Assembly: GCA_000934665.2 (NCBI GenBank)
Contig: JYFJ02000935.1
Span: forward strand, 1-64,000
Length of the DNA: 64,000 bases
Source of the DNA: Catajapyx aquilonaris
Taxonomy: Eukaryota
Reading direction: 5' to 3'
Notes under the pieces: model-generated
What the model was told of the DNA's origin: nothing
The model's database searches: none
Seen by the model: only the letters and a program-made list of their open reading frames with translations
In this document: positions 52,901-64,000 of the stretch, piece after piece
How the letters are laid out: each line of letters opens with the position of its first letter
How positions within the stretch are numbered: the stretch's first letter is position 1
Made by a program: the position numbers and the translations under genes

Positions 52901-55900
52901 GAGAGTTTTCTGGTTTGATGCCGTATAATTGGCCCCTCAGACATATACCTGTATATACCTTTATGTTGTTGTAGGGCGGTGTGTTAAACTTTTATGGTAT
53001 AGTACAGTACGTCTCGTTATTATTCAGTCGGCTTACATATATCCCAATTAGACCCTGGACATCCCGCTTCAGTGGCTAATACCATAGCTACACAGCGTAC
53101 TTTGAGCTCAACCTACAAATTGGTATAGTCAAACTTTCAAGAAGCACCGTTAGGAGGTGAAAATGTTGCCAGTTGTAATACGAATCCTTCGGCCTGGAAA
53201 TATGTACCCTTTCAAAAATGTAGCATCCATACAACATTGTTGTAAGTTTACAAAACCATAGTTCCCCATCCATGTACTAAAACCGTCCCTCCTGCTCTTC
53301 CTCCTCCCCCTACATCGGATCGATCCGCTGGAAAATGTGGAGGCCATGTAAAGTTGAGTGTATCTATTCTGTTCCCTTCCTCCCCGCTCCCTACCTCCCT
53401 CCCTCCCCTTGCATGATGCGGCGCTTAGATGCACACACAAACCCCGGTGCGTGCTGTGGCGCAGCCAAATTGACTCTAGGATCCTCGGAATTAGCGGATC
53501 TAGGCGCCGCTGGAAGAATCTAAAGCCTTTGACCAAATTCAATTATAGCAGTATGAGCCAGGTTTTGGGTTGGGAGGGAGAAGGATGGGAGGATAGTGGG
53601 TGGGTGGGTGGACTGGGAGGAAAGGCTAGTCCAATGCAAAAGCAATTACAGATTACGATCTTTCATTACCCTGCCACCCGCTCCTACCTTTCCTCCGGAA
53701 AAACGCTCCGTTTTCTACTGTTGGCAGACTAATGAGGGAAGAAGCTACACGGAATCAAGGAGAAAGGGAAAATTCATGGGTGAATTATAGAATCGGAAGA
53801 ACAGCAGGAAAAGGATCGGGTAGGTTAGTTAGGTTAAGTGATGAGCCCTACCGGTACATGTGCTGAGTGACAGGTTTTGATTAGGTTCAGAGACACTGGT
53901 CGGGATACTAGCTTCAAGACTAGATCCCTGCATGTTTTTATAATAAGCTGTGGCGCCGTGATGTAGACACTTGCTCTGAATGCTTATAGGCGTTAAGAAG
54001 GCCAAGCACTTTCTCAGCACCCATGCATCGCACAATGCCAGTTACTCGCCATCAAAATCCGAAACATTCTTATTCAACGGGCAGATTTCGATGGCAAGCA
54101 ATGAGGCGTGAGGGAAATACCGAATCTGGAACGGATGGGTACTGGGGGCCCGGGATCAAAGGGAAAAAGGGGAGGGTGGTAGGGAATCTGGTACGCCCCT
54201 CACGTTCTCCAATGATTCTAGTTATGTACACGTATTTCTTGCTCAAGAACTATAATGACTTGCTAAGCACTACCAAAAAGCCACTCCCATACCCCCTTGG
54301 TACTCTTTACGATCGAACCAAATTGCCTTCCAAAAGTGATGTGGCAAAGTTCATTACGAATAGATCCTCCCGTGGAAGCTAATTAACGTGGTACTTTTCA
54401 GAGTGTCCTTTTTTTGAATCCCATTGGAGCTGTAGTCCAAGTGCTATCCGACCCAGTAGGGCAATATTGCATTCCGCTCTTAAAGACGCCACATTTTGAA
54501 CTTTGGGTCCGGTTCGAATCAGCCAATCGGCGCAGCACAATAATCCAGAGAGTAGTGGGCGGAGGGAGGGGTCCGGAAAGGCTGCTCCAGTGATTTGGAG
54601 TTTCCTTCCTCTACTTCTCTACTGGGACAAAACCTGGTCCAAGTTCCGCCATACCATCCCGAGGTTCTCCGGCGATATGCCTCCCAGCTGGCACCCCCGC
54701 CACCGCCCCTCCCTCCCCCACAAGCTCCCGTAACTTACCCGGACTATATAATCGGAACGTGCTTGCAAAGCCCCCGCAAGTAGCGCTAGATCAAGCGCAA
54801 TTGCCGTCCAGATCAGCAGTTGGGAGAGGGAGAGTTGGGGGTGGGGGGGCCAGCGGCAGGGCCCGGCCCCAATATAACGACCCCGGGGCCGGACCCCCCT
54901 CCTAACTTCAACCCCTCCTACCCCTTTCCTTCTCTTGCCAAGAGATCAATATAGAGTTACCCTGCCGCCGGCGCCTTCTTCTCCTTGGGAAGCACCCACT
55001 TAAAGAGGGGACGAAATTGGGATGAATGCAATGCCGCAGTTTCCCACCTTGGTAGTGTAAGGGACACGGGGATGGGTGGGTGGGCAATGTGAGGGAGGCA
55101 GCGGGTGGGGAGCGCCAACGCCTCTAACTGCGGGTTTAACGGACGTCCCAACTGCAAACAGTTCCGTTTATGACGTTGTAGTCTGCCTGTCACGCTCTCC
55201 ACGTCAAGTGAATCCAAACCGCCCCTTTGGGGAGCATAACCCACCAACGAAGAGCCCCGGCCCGCTCTCCTAACCATCCGTTATTCCTTTCGTGGTGGAA
55301 CCGGAGAGAAATTCAATTTTGCCATTTGGGCCGGTGGCACTTCAAACATAAGCCCCCCCCCCCNCTCTCCAATATAGAGATGATACTAGCTGCCCTTCTC
55401 CCCAATATAGAGGTGCTGCCGGTGTGCCACCTCACTCCGATAAAGGTGATTTTTATCCACCTTACTCGCGGATATGGATACGTCAGCATGAGACGTCGTC
55501 CTGCAATCAAAGTGATGCCTTCCCTTGTAGTCTACGAGCTGCTATCTGATTGTAAGGTAGGTTCTAGGAGAGCAATTACGAGTGCACCATTACAAATGTT
55601 ACTGCGGAACCCTGGCTACTAGAGGTGCTATTAATATGCCAATTTGGGCACCCTTAGGTAGCGGTGAATTTAAGAGATCTGCCTTTGTCTCTGACACGCC
55701 GAATTATGTACGGATGCTAAACTTGGAACCTCACATACAGAGTTAAATTTGATGAGTCTGCTCAACATGTACAGTAGTACAATGCGTTCTCAGCCTCCAG
55801 GCCTTCCTTAACTTAATATTCCGAGCATGTTTCACGGTTAGCTGCCACTTGAACAATATTTGACGGATTCAATTTTCTCATTCCTCTTGAGACCATGGTT

Positions 55901-58900
55901 GTGCTGCGTCCACCCCCGCCCACCTCCCAAGAAGCAACTATCCCTCCTCCCACCCCAACTCTCCGTCCCCCACTCGTTCAAGACCAGGAGCTCAAAGTAA
56001 ACTAAACCGTTTGTTGCAAGTGATTCGAAGCGGAAGCGAGTTCTGCTAGTGCCAGTTGCTGTTTATAAGCGAACCAGCCAACCGGACTTGAGTCCACTCA
56101 CTTTCAAGTGTGTATACGCCTTTAGTTTAGCCTGTCTTTCTTTGACCAAGGGCCCTGTTTGCAACGCAATTTCGCCATGCTGACCAAACACTACCCGGCA
56201 GGTGCGATCTTCTTGCCCACTGTCTTGCAGAGCTTATGAATAATTTAATCTCCTTAACTCCTTTAGAGATCGTGATGGAGGAGCTTGCAACATGACCAGT
56301 TGCAGACACCGACTAGTAATGCAGCAAGCAACAATTCTCGACGTCATTTGGCCAATTATGACAATTCAAGAGCCTCGCCCGTAAGGCTTAATAGGATCTC
56401 ATTATTCAGAACTAAGTTCCTGAGAGAGATCCCAAGGCTCTTGCCGTTTTCGTTCTTCCAAGGCCAGCTAACGTCAGGACGTGGTTGAAGGAGGGGAGGG
56501 GCGGCTGGGGAGGTAAGGATGAAGCGAAATTAAATTCCAGGCAACGAGTGCCACCAGAACGGTGACCGAGCGCCCCATATTATTCATTAATCATCATTAA
56601 CAACGCCTATAACCGCGCCCCGCAATCGCGCTACGAGTAAATGAGCCGAAAAAGTCAACACCATCAGCGTTGCATACAAGTTGAAAATGGCGTTGCCAAG
56701 TTGCCTGCCACCATCCCTATATCCAACACCTCTCTCTTTTTTTCCCCTCATCCCACCTCTGTTATTATTAGTCGGCAAACACAAACTTATCGCGATGGGA
56801 ACGACACTTTTGCATTTTCCCCCTCGGTGATCAACATTGCATGCCACGTTTGTACCTGCACGATATTAGCCCTGCCTGCTGACTATCGTTCCAATTTCAA
56901 TTACTTGATCGCGCTGGGCGATACCTGCGCCACATGGAATGCTCTGGCAGATACGAAGCAAAATTACGTCTTCATATTGCGGTGAATTCAATCTGCATAT
57001 ATGGGCAAGTATTACCACCGCGATGCTAAGTTGGGAAGATGATAATAAAAAGTTCGTGCAACATTACACCGCAAATGTATTCAAAGCCTAGGGCCACAGC
57101 TGGCTAAAAAAAAGAGCGCACATGCTGCTTAGAACGAAATTACCGCTGGAATATCGCAAACTTGGCACGCGTTAACAACTACTGTTATTTCAAACTACAT
57201 AGCCGCTTCATCCTGGCAGTTAGCTAACCTATCCGCCTCTCTTGTCAAACGGGCTGCCCATACGGGAGGGGCTAACACTCCAGCGGTAGCTGGAGGGTTA
57301 GCCCCTGCCGGATACAACCGGACCTAGGTCCGGTTGGATAAAAATGTTCACACACTTCATCAGTAGCGTCCCCTCTAGCAAATTCTAGCAAGAATCGCGC
57401 AGCCATGTATAGCAAAAAAATGAGGCAGCAACATGCAAAAAAAAAAGGCCTGGCCCTTTCCATTCAATCGTTCCCATTTGGCAGCCGCCTGCACGGGCAT
57501 AATAATTAGAGGCTGTGGCACAGTACTGACCCCCTCCGGAGCCCAAAACCCGGATTTCACTCCCCATTCCCTGGCCGCTGCCACTGACATTACGGCCCGA
57601 CTTGCAAATGAGTTACTCTGCTTGCTTATGGATTGTATGCTCGGAACAATTAGTTTGGGATTTTTTAATTACGTCCAGATAATCTTATTAATTTGCTGTA
57701 GTATGAAAAATTCATTACCGTCCCCCCACGTCGGCAAAAAGATTGACAAGACAAATTTTGGTCCATCCCCCTCCACCCCTCTACCAAAAGCCCCAGAGGA
57801 GCCGCCATTATCATAACGGAAAAAGAGGCGGCTGAGTGTAGGGGGCGTAATGCATATTGCCCGACTGCAACGATTTTCGCAACTTATGGATTTATGGAAG
57901 AACGTTTTGATGTATGGCAAGCACATAAATTCAATCCAAGTTGGTCCAGAGTGCGGCAAATTGATGTTACAGTTCCGTGCGCAACGCGATGAATTGGATT
58001 AATCAGAGTAGACTGGACCTAGCCTATGCGTCCCATGACTGTGCCAAGCTGAGAATTATGAAGAGGAAGCTGCATTTACATAACCTGATTTTAAGCTAGT
58101 GTTGGTAAGCACATAAAAAACGAGGGGGCGCCATATGTCCTTCGCAAACGCTGATGACACTATCTGCAAATGTAAAAATGCTCCACAGCTCCACGATTAC
58201 CTTTATCCTCGCATTGCATTAATTTCCTAGACATGAACGTTCGTGCCTAATAAATTAAACTCTTATCTCTCTGGCTGGATCCAAGAATGCAAAAAAATGG
58301 AGGCCATGTTGCGAAATTATTTTCTCCTCTAACTCCTATTTCACTCCCGGAGAAATGGGGGTTGGGTCAACGACCAACTTATATCATGGGTCATACTCCT
58401 CTCGTGCAGGTCGACGAACAATGCGGTAACACTACATTTGCCTACTCTCCTTTTTTGTGCTTTACCTTGTAAGTGCCTACTCGCCGTTAGGTATACCAGT
58501 ATATACATTGGGTGGGAGCCATCCGTTGCATCCACTGCCTGCGGGAGTCAACCTTCATTCGCGAGTGGAACAAACAAGTTCACCAGGATTTTGGTCCCTG
58601 CGGTATTAATATAAGAAAAAAAGGGAGAGGGAGGGGAGAAAAGGTAGAGGGGTGGAGAAGAGAGATAGAAGAGACGGAAGAGAAGTCCGGAGGAGATGTG
58701 TCTTTGGCATTCAAGCGAGGAAAGATGGAATGGCGAAACTCTCGTTCGTCCCTTGAGATAAAAAAATGAAGGAAAAAAATGCTGAGGGACCTGGAAGGGT
58801 GGGGTCCATTCCATAGCTCCGCTGGAATTTTACCCCCCTTCTATTTTTGATCAACTTCCACAGCGCAGTTTGAAACCCTAGTGGCTTTCGTCAGAAAAAA

Positions 58901-59506
58901 AAGTTTCACTTCAACTTGACTTTTGGACTTTAAAAAAAAGCTGGAGCCAGGCGGGTGAATAACACGCGACGTGTAAGTGACGTTGTCACTGTTTCATACC
59001 GCGGCAATGTCAGGCTTTGGTTGGGGCTTAGAGGGAGGTGTTCCAAAGGAGGGTGGGAAAGGTGCCACGACCCCGAAATTATTAAGATACATTCATATCG
59101 AATTTTCCATATGGCTAGTCTGCAGGTACCCCGCGTGCGGCATGTTGCTAATTAGTGCTCCGTTATTGACAGACACAAAGCTTCCGAAAGTGATAACTAT
59201 CAAGAGAAATTAAATGACAGATCATGCAACATGTCAGTTACTTCTAACTCCCGGCTTACCTGCCCATTTACTTAATATGGACTAAGGGGGTGGGATATCT
59301 CTATGAAAGATAATTCCTAGTAACATGGCAGTAATTACCCAAGCAATTAGGCTCGCGGAACACTAAGACTAAAATTGATTTCTATTCAGGATGCACGCTT
59401 CGTTTTACTGTGCGGATAGCAACAGTGGACTATAATTCTATGTGCTTACAAACGCAGGCTTCTACGACGCACTATGCGTTCACGACACCGGAACATTATA
59501 CGTGGG

Positions 59507-59595
59507 ACAAACCTTCATTGAGAATTGCTGCCAATCGCATCAAATTCCTATTCGTTGTGCCCTCACCTGTGAAAGAAGGAAATCACGCATTAGTA
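59507..59595 (-). other. Recursive splice site candidate A with 54-nt cryptic RS-exon (59566..59513)
   Basis: Minus strand reads TACTAATGCGTGATTTCCTTCTTTCACAG|GTGAGG (junction 59567/59566, branch A at 59590). The downstream donor is AAG|GTTTGT at 59513/59512. Confidence 0.68.
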
Positions 59596-62500
59596 CACAC
59601 AGACATTACGTTTTCAACTTCATCAAGCACCGCCATAAAAAAAATCACTCTGATGGCTTTTCTGTTGAGTTCATAAAATCTGAATGGTGTTAGACGGGTA
59701 TTTATTTTCATGCAAGACACGACGAAGAGATTTTTAAAATCGATTCTATAAAGTCGTAGACAAGTCCCGAGTGTAATCTTGGAATTCGGAACTCGTGCGG
59801 AAAAACAAAACTTTCCGGTGCGTCCAATTTTTTCCCATTTTCTTCTCGCCAAAAACTTTTCCCGCCCGCTCGTCAAATTTCCCCTTTAAAAAAGAGAGAA
59901 AGAGAGAGAAGGAAAAAAAACTCCACCTTCCTCTCTTGAATTCGGTGATGCTTAACGGAAGTAGAGAACTCGTCGAGATTCTGTGGACTTTATTCCAAGC
60001 AGTAAAACATCGAGGTCCGTAATGACACAAAGTTTTCACTTACCTACCAAAAGGTGCAAACTTTGAACAGGATCAACTTGTCAACTGAACGCAAATTTCC
60101 ATATCTTTTGTTTTCTTCGCACCTGAGTACTGGTATTATTTATAAATTTTTCGAAATTCTTCACAAAAAGGGCCATAAAAAATTAATGGTCTGGAAAGTA
60201 CTGAAGTAGTTCAGATATTTGCGACGACGAGATTTCATCCGCTTTTTTTGGGGTCGACTGTGACTGATCTGACTTTTTTGCCCCTCTTTGTGCCACCCCT
60301 CACCCTCGGCTGAAACTGAAAGCACCTACGTAGACATCAAGAAACTTGGCCTCGACAGTAACGGGCCATCTGCGTCTTAGGAAACTTGAGTGTTCCTGTC
60401 GGGGATGCGATTAAATATGTATGGGGGAGAAACGGAAGACTAAGGCTTGGAGAGGGAGTGAAGTCGATCACAAAACACTAGATGTGACGCAGGATGAGAG
60501 TGAGAAGAGCTCTATACATTTTACGGCCCACTGGACCCTTTGATTATGTCAGACCCTGATGGTTGCAGTCTCATCTAGGATGTTACATGAGCTTACGACC
60601 GGATTTGCCCGTTTAATGTAGTCATTTTGAATCCGGAATTCAGTTATGCAATAGCACTTGCTCTACTTCTATGGACTTGGGTATGTCATATTCGGACAAA
60701 GCACTGCTTTGTTTACCTACAGCAGCAAGATTGGCAAAATTTTATTCTAGCCATCTTACACTTGTAGCCAAGAGAGGGCTGGACGGTCGTACAGTGTTGC
60801 CAAGGTGCATGTGACTCGCCTAAAGCTGGGACGCGCTACATAGTCGCGTTGATATAGCCGTGGAGGAAAATGAAGTTTGTGATCCGGCAGGGCTTTTCCC
60901 ACCGTCCTCCACCCCCCCCCCCCACGTCCCTAACCACCACCCCAGCAGAAAAGCTGCCTCCGCTTGGGGACATCCGCTTCCCTTCTGACGGAAGCACTTG
61001 GGCGGCACAGCGAAGAAACGCCGCGGGAACTGCTCCAGACACTTGGCTCCCCGAAAGCAACTAACTTGCCGAGACTAAATCGATTCCGCGTATATGCAGT
61101 GTATATACACATGGTAATTTTTTGCACTCCCTGAGACAAGGCAGCGGCATGGACGATAAACTGCCGCCACTATCCTAGCCCCTGTGAGCGGTATTACGTC
61201 CAGCATTTTTCCCTCTTTGTGTACTTGCGGTGAGTTGTGGAGCTGAATTACTCGTGAGTGATGCCCGTGGCATGTGTGCGGCCGTCCGGAATCAGTTTGC
61301 TCTCAAGTGTACGGAAAATGCGCACGCTATGGCTTCACCATAAGGCGATTACTCAGTTCCTATTCCGAATTTCCTGCTTGATTCAACGAACCTGCTCTTC
61401 GCACAACGCTCTTTGACGTAATAAGATCAGATAAACTACTCCAGTAAATCCTCCCTCCCCCCATCGTTTTGAAATGTACCATTTGAAAATACAAGCAGTC
61501 AAGTTCAAGTATACTAAACAACTGCGCACCACAGGATTCGACTTAGAAGTCTGCCTCTTCCTGTTTACATAATCACCAAGCGAAATGTTATGACATTACC
61601 AGGCTACAGACAGATCAGTGTTTCATTTCTGCTGGCTCCCACTTTGATCTACGTTCTATATACATAATTAATCCTAAGTTACATCGCTCTGAAAATAACG
61701 CAGGAGGATCGGCATTAGCCGGCAGAAAATTACACTGCATACCAGCACACTGCACATATTTACAACTATCCAACTGATTGCCAACAACTTGCCTAGAGCT
61801 ATAAAGTACTGTCGGATTGTATGTCCTGCACAAAACGTGGGGAGGGGATTTAAATCGCTTACAGATTAATGAGAACCTTTTGTTTATATACAAACGTATA
61901 GCAATTAATATCGGTAGGAATTTTTCCAGGGAAAATATTACGCTAATCACGACTGACTGCCGGGAAAAAAAGCGATCCGAAAACAGAAAATTTCATTCTC
62001 ACTTCTCTGTCAACGTTAATTACCGCAGTTTTTAATTAATCAGCGTCGAGTTGAGAGCCACGGCCAACTAAAAAGAGGCCACAGGAAAATTTCCGCTCTC
62101 CAAATCAAAATCTATTCACTTTGACTCGTGTAATTGCCACAAAGGACTTGCAGTGTTATATTTACAATTACCGAGTTTCAAACCCCCACTTTTAGGGGCC
62201 TAGAAGAAGCTTTCGTGCCCTCAAGGCAAAGTGGTGGTAGACGTGGGGGCAAAAATACCTCTCTTGCATCCGGGGACGACTTTGAATCGGGGCACCGGAT
62301 TTATTGTGCACTATACGGCAGGGAAGTGAAACGGCCACTTTATAAAGTAAACTAGTCATCCGGAAGCAGCAACAAATACCACTTGAATCGGTGCGAGCCT
62401 CTTCATTTCACTGGAATAGCACAGCCTCAATTCCGTCGCGTTTCAACAGCCCCGCTCTTCTATAACGGAAATTATTTTTGGAACCTTCTCTCGCCACGTT

Positions 62501-64000
62501 TTGGCCATTGCCACTTTCCTCGTTATTAAAATTCGCAATACCATCTCCGTCTTTTTCCGCTTTAAAAAAACTTCAGCTTCTTCCTTTCGCCTTCACCATA
62601 TTTTCCTGCTCGAATACTTCCTTTCATCCTTCTCGGCATTGAAAGCTCCAAGATGTTCATATTTGCCGAACATGCCGTACGTATAAATGGACGGTATAGT
62701 GGGAATAAGCAGGAAAACAAGGGACGAGACGCGTGGCTAACCCAACGCTACCAAATCCCCTTAATTGTTCCGGGAGAATTCCGTGGTATGGCGGGGGGGA
62801 AGAAGGAATGAATGAAGGAAAACCTTAGGGCTCCAGCTTTTCCCTTGAATTCCCCGCGCCTCTAATAAAGTTGCTGCCCGAAAAGGACGCATTGGTTTGG
62901 AAGTGTAACGGATCGTGCGGCTCCGTTTGTGGCTTCTGTCTTCGTGGGGATCTGCATAGATTAGAGCTCGACTAATTGCTGGCCATGTTTCGAGTACGAA
63001 ATGGGCTCCATAACTCAGGCCAGTAGGCCTCGCACGACACTCTGCCGAGAACCTTAAATTATCTCGAAACAAGTCCGCCACCCCCACCCCCTCCAAGCCA
63101 TACAGAAACCCGGAATTTGCTTGTTGAATAAGGAAACAGGTACAACACAGACCAAAACTCATCAAGATTTACCTTCTTGCGATTCCTCCACACCCCTCGG
63201 ACGTCCTGATTAACGGCACTTCCACCACAATCCCGCCGAAGGTCAATTCCAAGTCAGTCTGACACGTTTCTAGGGACTCAGATTGCACCACAATCTTGTC
63301 ACTCATGCATTATGAAAACGCCGTGCTCCGTTTCAATTTCTCATCAGCCCCAGACTTATATATCGCGCCTACAGCCATGTTGATTATGAACCGACATTGT
63401 CTGCAAATATTTGCCCGCATTTACGACTGCGCCTCTAATGTACACAGCCGACTCATCGAAACTGTCAGAGTCTGCCATTCTCCGAGTCCATCTTTGGGAA
63501 GTGTAGTAGAGGAGTAATCAATAGATCTGTGTAAGAAATTGAGGAGCCAATTTCATTTCCTTCCTTCACCCCACTGAGTCGTGCCGGCGGGGGAAGGCAG
63601 CTTCCTTCCTCGCACAACACTATTCCCCAGTTCCCCCCTCCCCCAGCTCTCCTGAGGGACCCTTTAATCCGAACTGATTCAATTCTCATTTCCACTGTGG
63701 ATTCCGAATGGAAATCGAGGTCTGCCACAACACCACCTATCCTACAGGCCAGTCAAAATAAAGAAAGAAATGTTGACTCTCCCAGCACGCACACTAGAGG
63801 GAGAAAGAATAAGCCAACCAGGCCGTCCCCTTCCCCTTGGCCCAACAATAATTAATTGCTAGCCCAATCAATCTTGGATGGATCCGAATGTCGGCTGCCT
63901 GCAGTGCAACAGCGAGTCCACTCAACAGCTGCATCAGGCAAAACCGTGATATACTGGCCCGCGTGTCCATGAATCCTGGGCCAGTAAATTTGATACTACC

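Larger units (their letters stand above)
1..64000 (-). other. Inferred interior of a very long intron of an unidentified minus-strand gene
   Basis: Inference from three co-oriented recursive-splice-like motifs on the minus strand, no equally complete motif noticed on the plus strand, and no convincing coding exon in 64 kb. Confidence 0.6.

Noticed and set aside
53467..53480. AAATTGACTCTAG, similar to the start of miR-929-5p
   Set aside because: The match stops after 13 nt and there is no complementary arm.
53818..53840. TTAGG-like telomeric repeats
   Set aside because: Only 3-4 imperfect units.
10957..55364. Single N bases at 10957, 19530, 40980 and 55364
   Set aside because: All lie in homopolymer or dinucleotide runs, so they reflect assembly ambiguity rather than biology.
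60038..60070. Minus-strand CACCTTTTGGTAG|GTAAGT as a ratchet point
   Set aside because: Poor pyrimidine tract, an upstream AG within about 20 nt, no downstream donor, and only 0.5 kb from the better site A.
42..63728. All ORFs in the supplied six-frame track
   Set aside because: They are short (60-177 aa), overlap on both strands, often derive from repeats or low-complexity DNA, and show no recognisable domain. This is consistent with chance ORFs in eukaryotic non-coding DNA.
63952..63987. TACTGGCCC...GGGCCAGTA hairpin with a miR-193-like seed
   Set aside because: The stem is only 9 bp, too short for a pre-miRNA.

Overview
Eukaryotic, almost certainly arthropod/insect-like non-coding DNA: there are no long ORFs (maximum 177 aa, none recognisable), CpG is not obviously depleted, and it carries tRNA-derived SINEs, MITEs and microsatellites. 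I found no prokaryotic operons, CRISPR arrays, rRNA or true tRNA genes. The main signal is three minus-strand recursive-splice (ratchet-point)-like sites, with junctions at 59567/59566, 37718/37717 and 4859/4858. Each has a branch-point-like motif, a pyrimidine tract, AG directly followed by GTRAG, and a second donor 43-54 nt downstream. This suggests the window lies inside one giant intron of an unseen minus-strand gene that is removed stepwise. Mobile DNA includes two TSD-flanked copies of a tRNA-Ser(GCT)-like SINE, a second tRNA-SINE, a truncated Deu/Nin-domain SINE in a (CTA)n tract, a young 934-bp foldback MITE with 364-bp TIRs, two ~145-bp MITEs with 8-bp TSDs and co-varying TIRs, and other hairpin elements. 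Everything was read by eye and no database search was possible.
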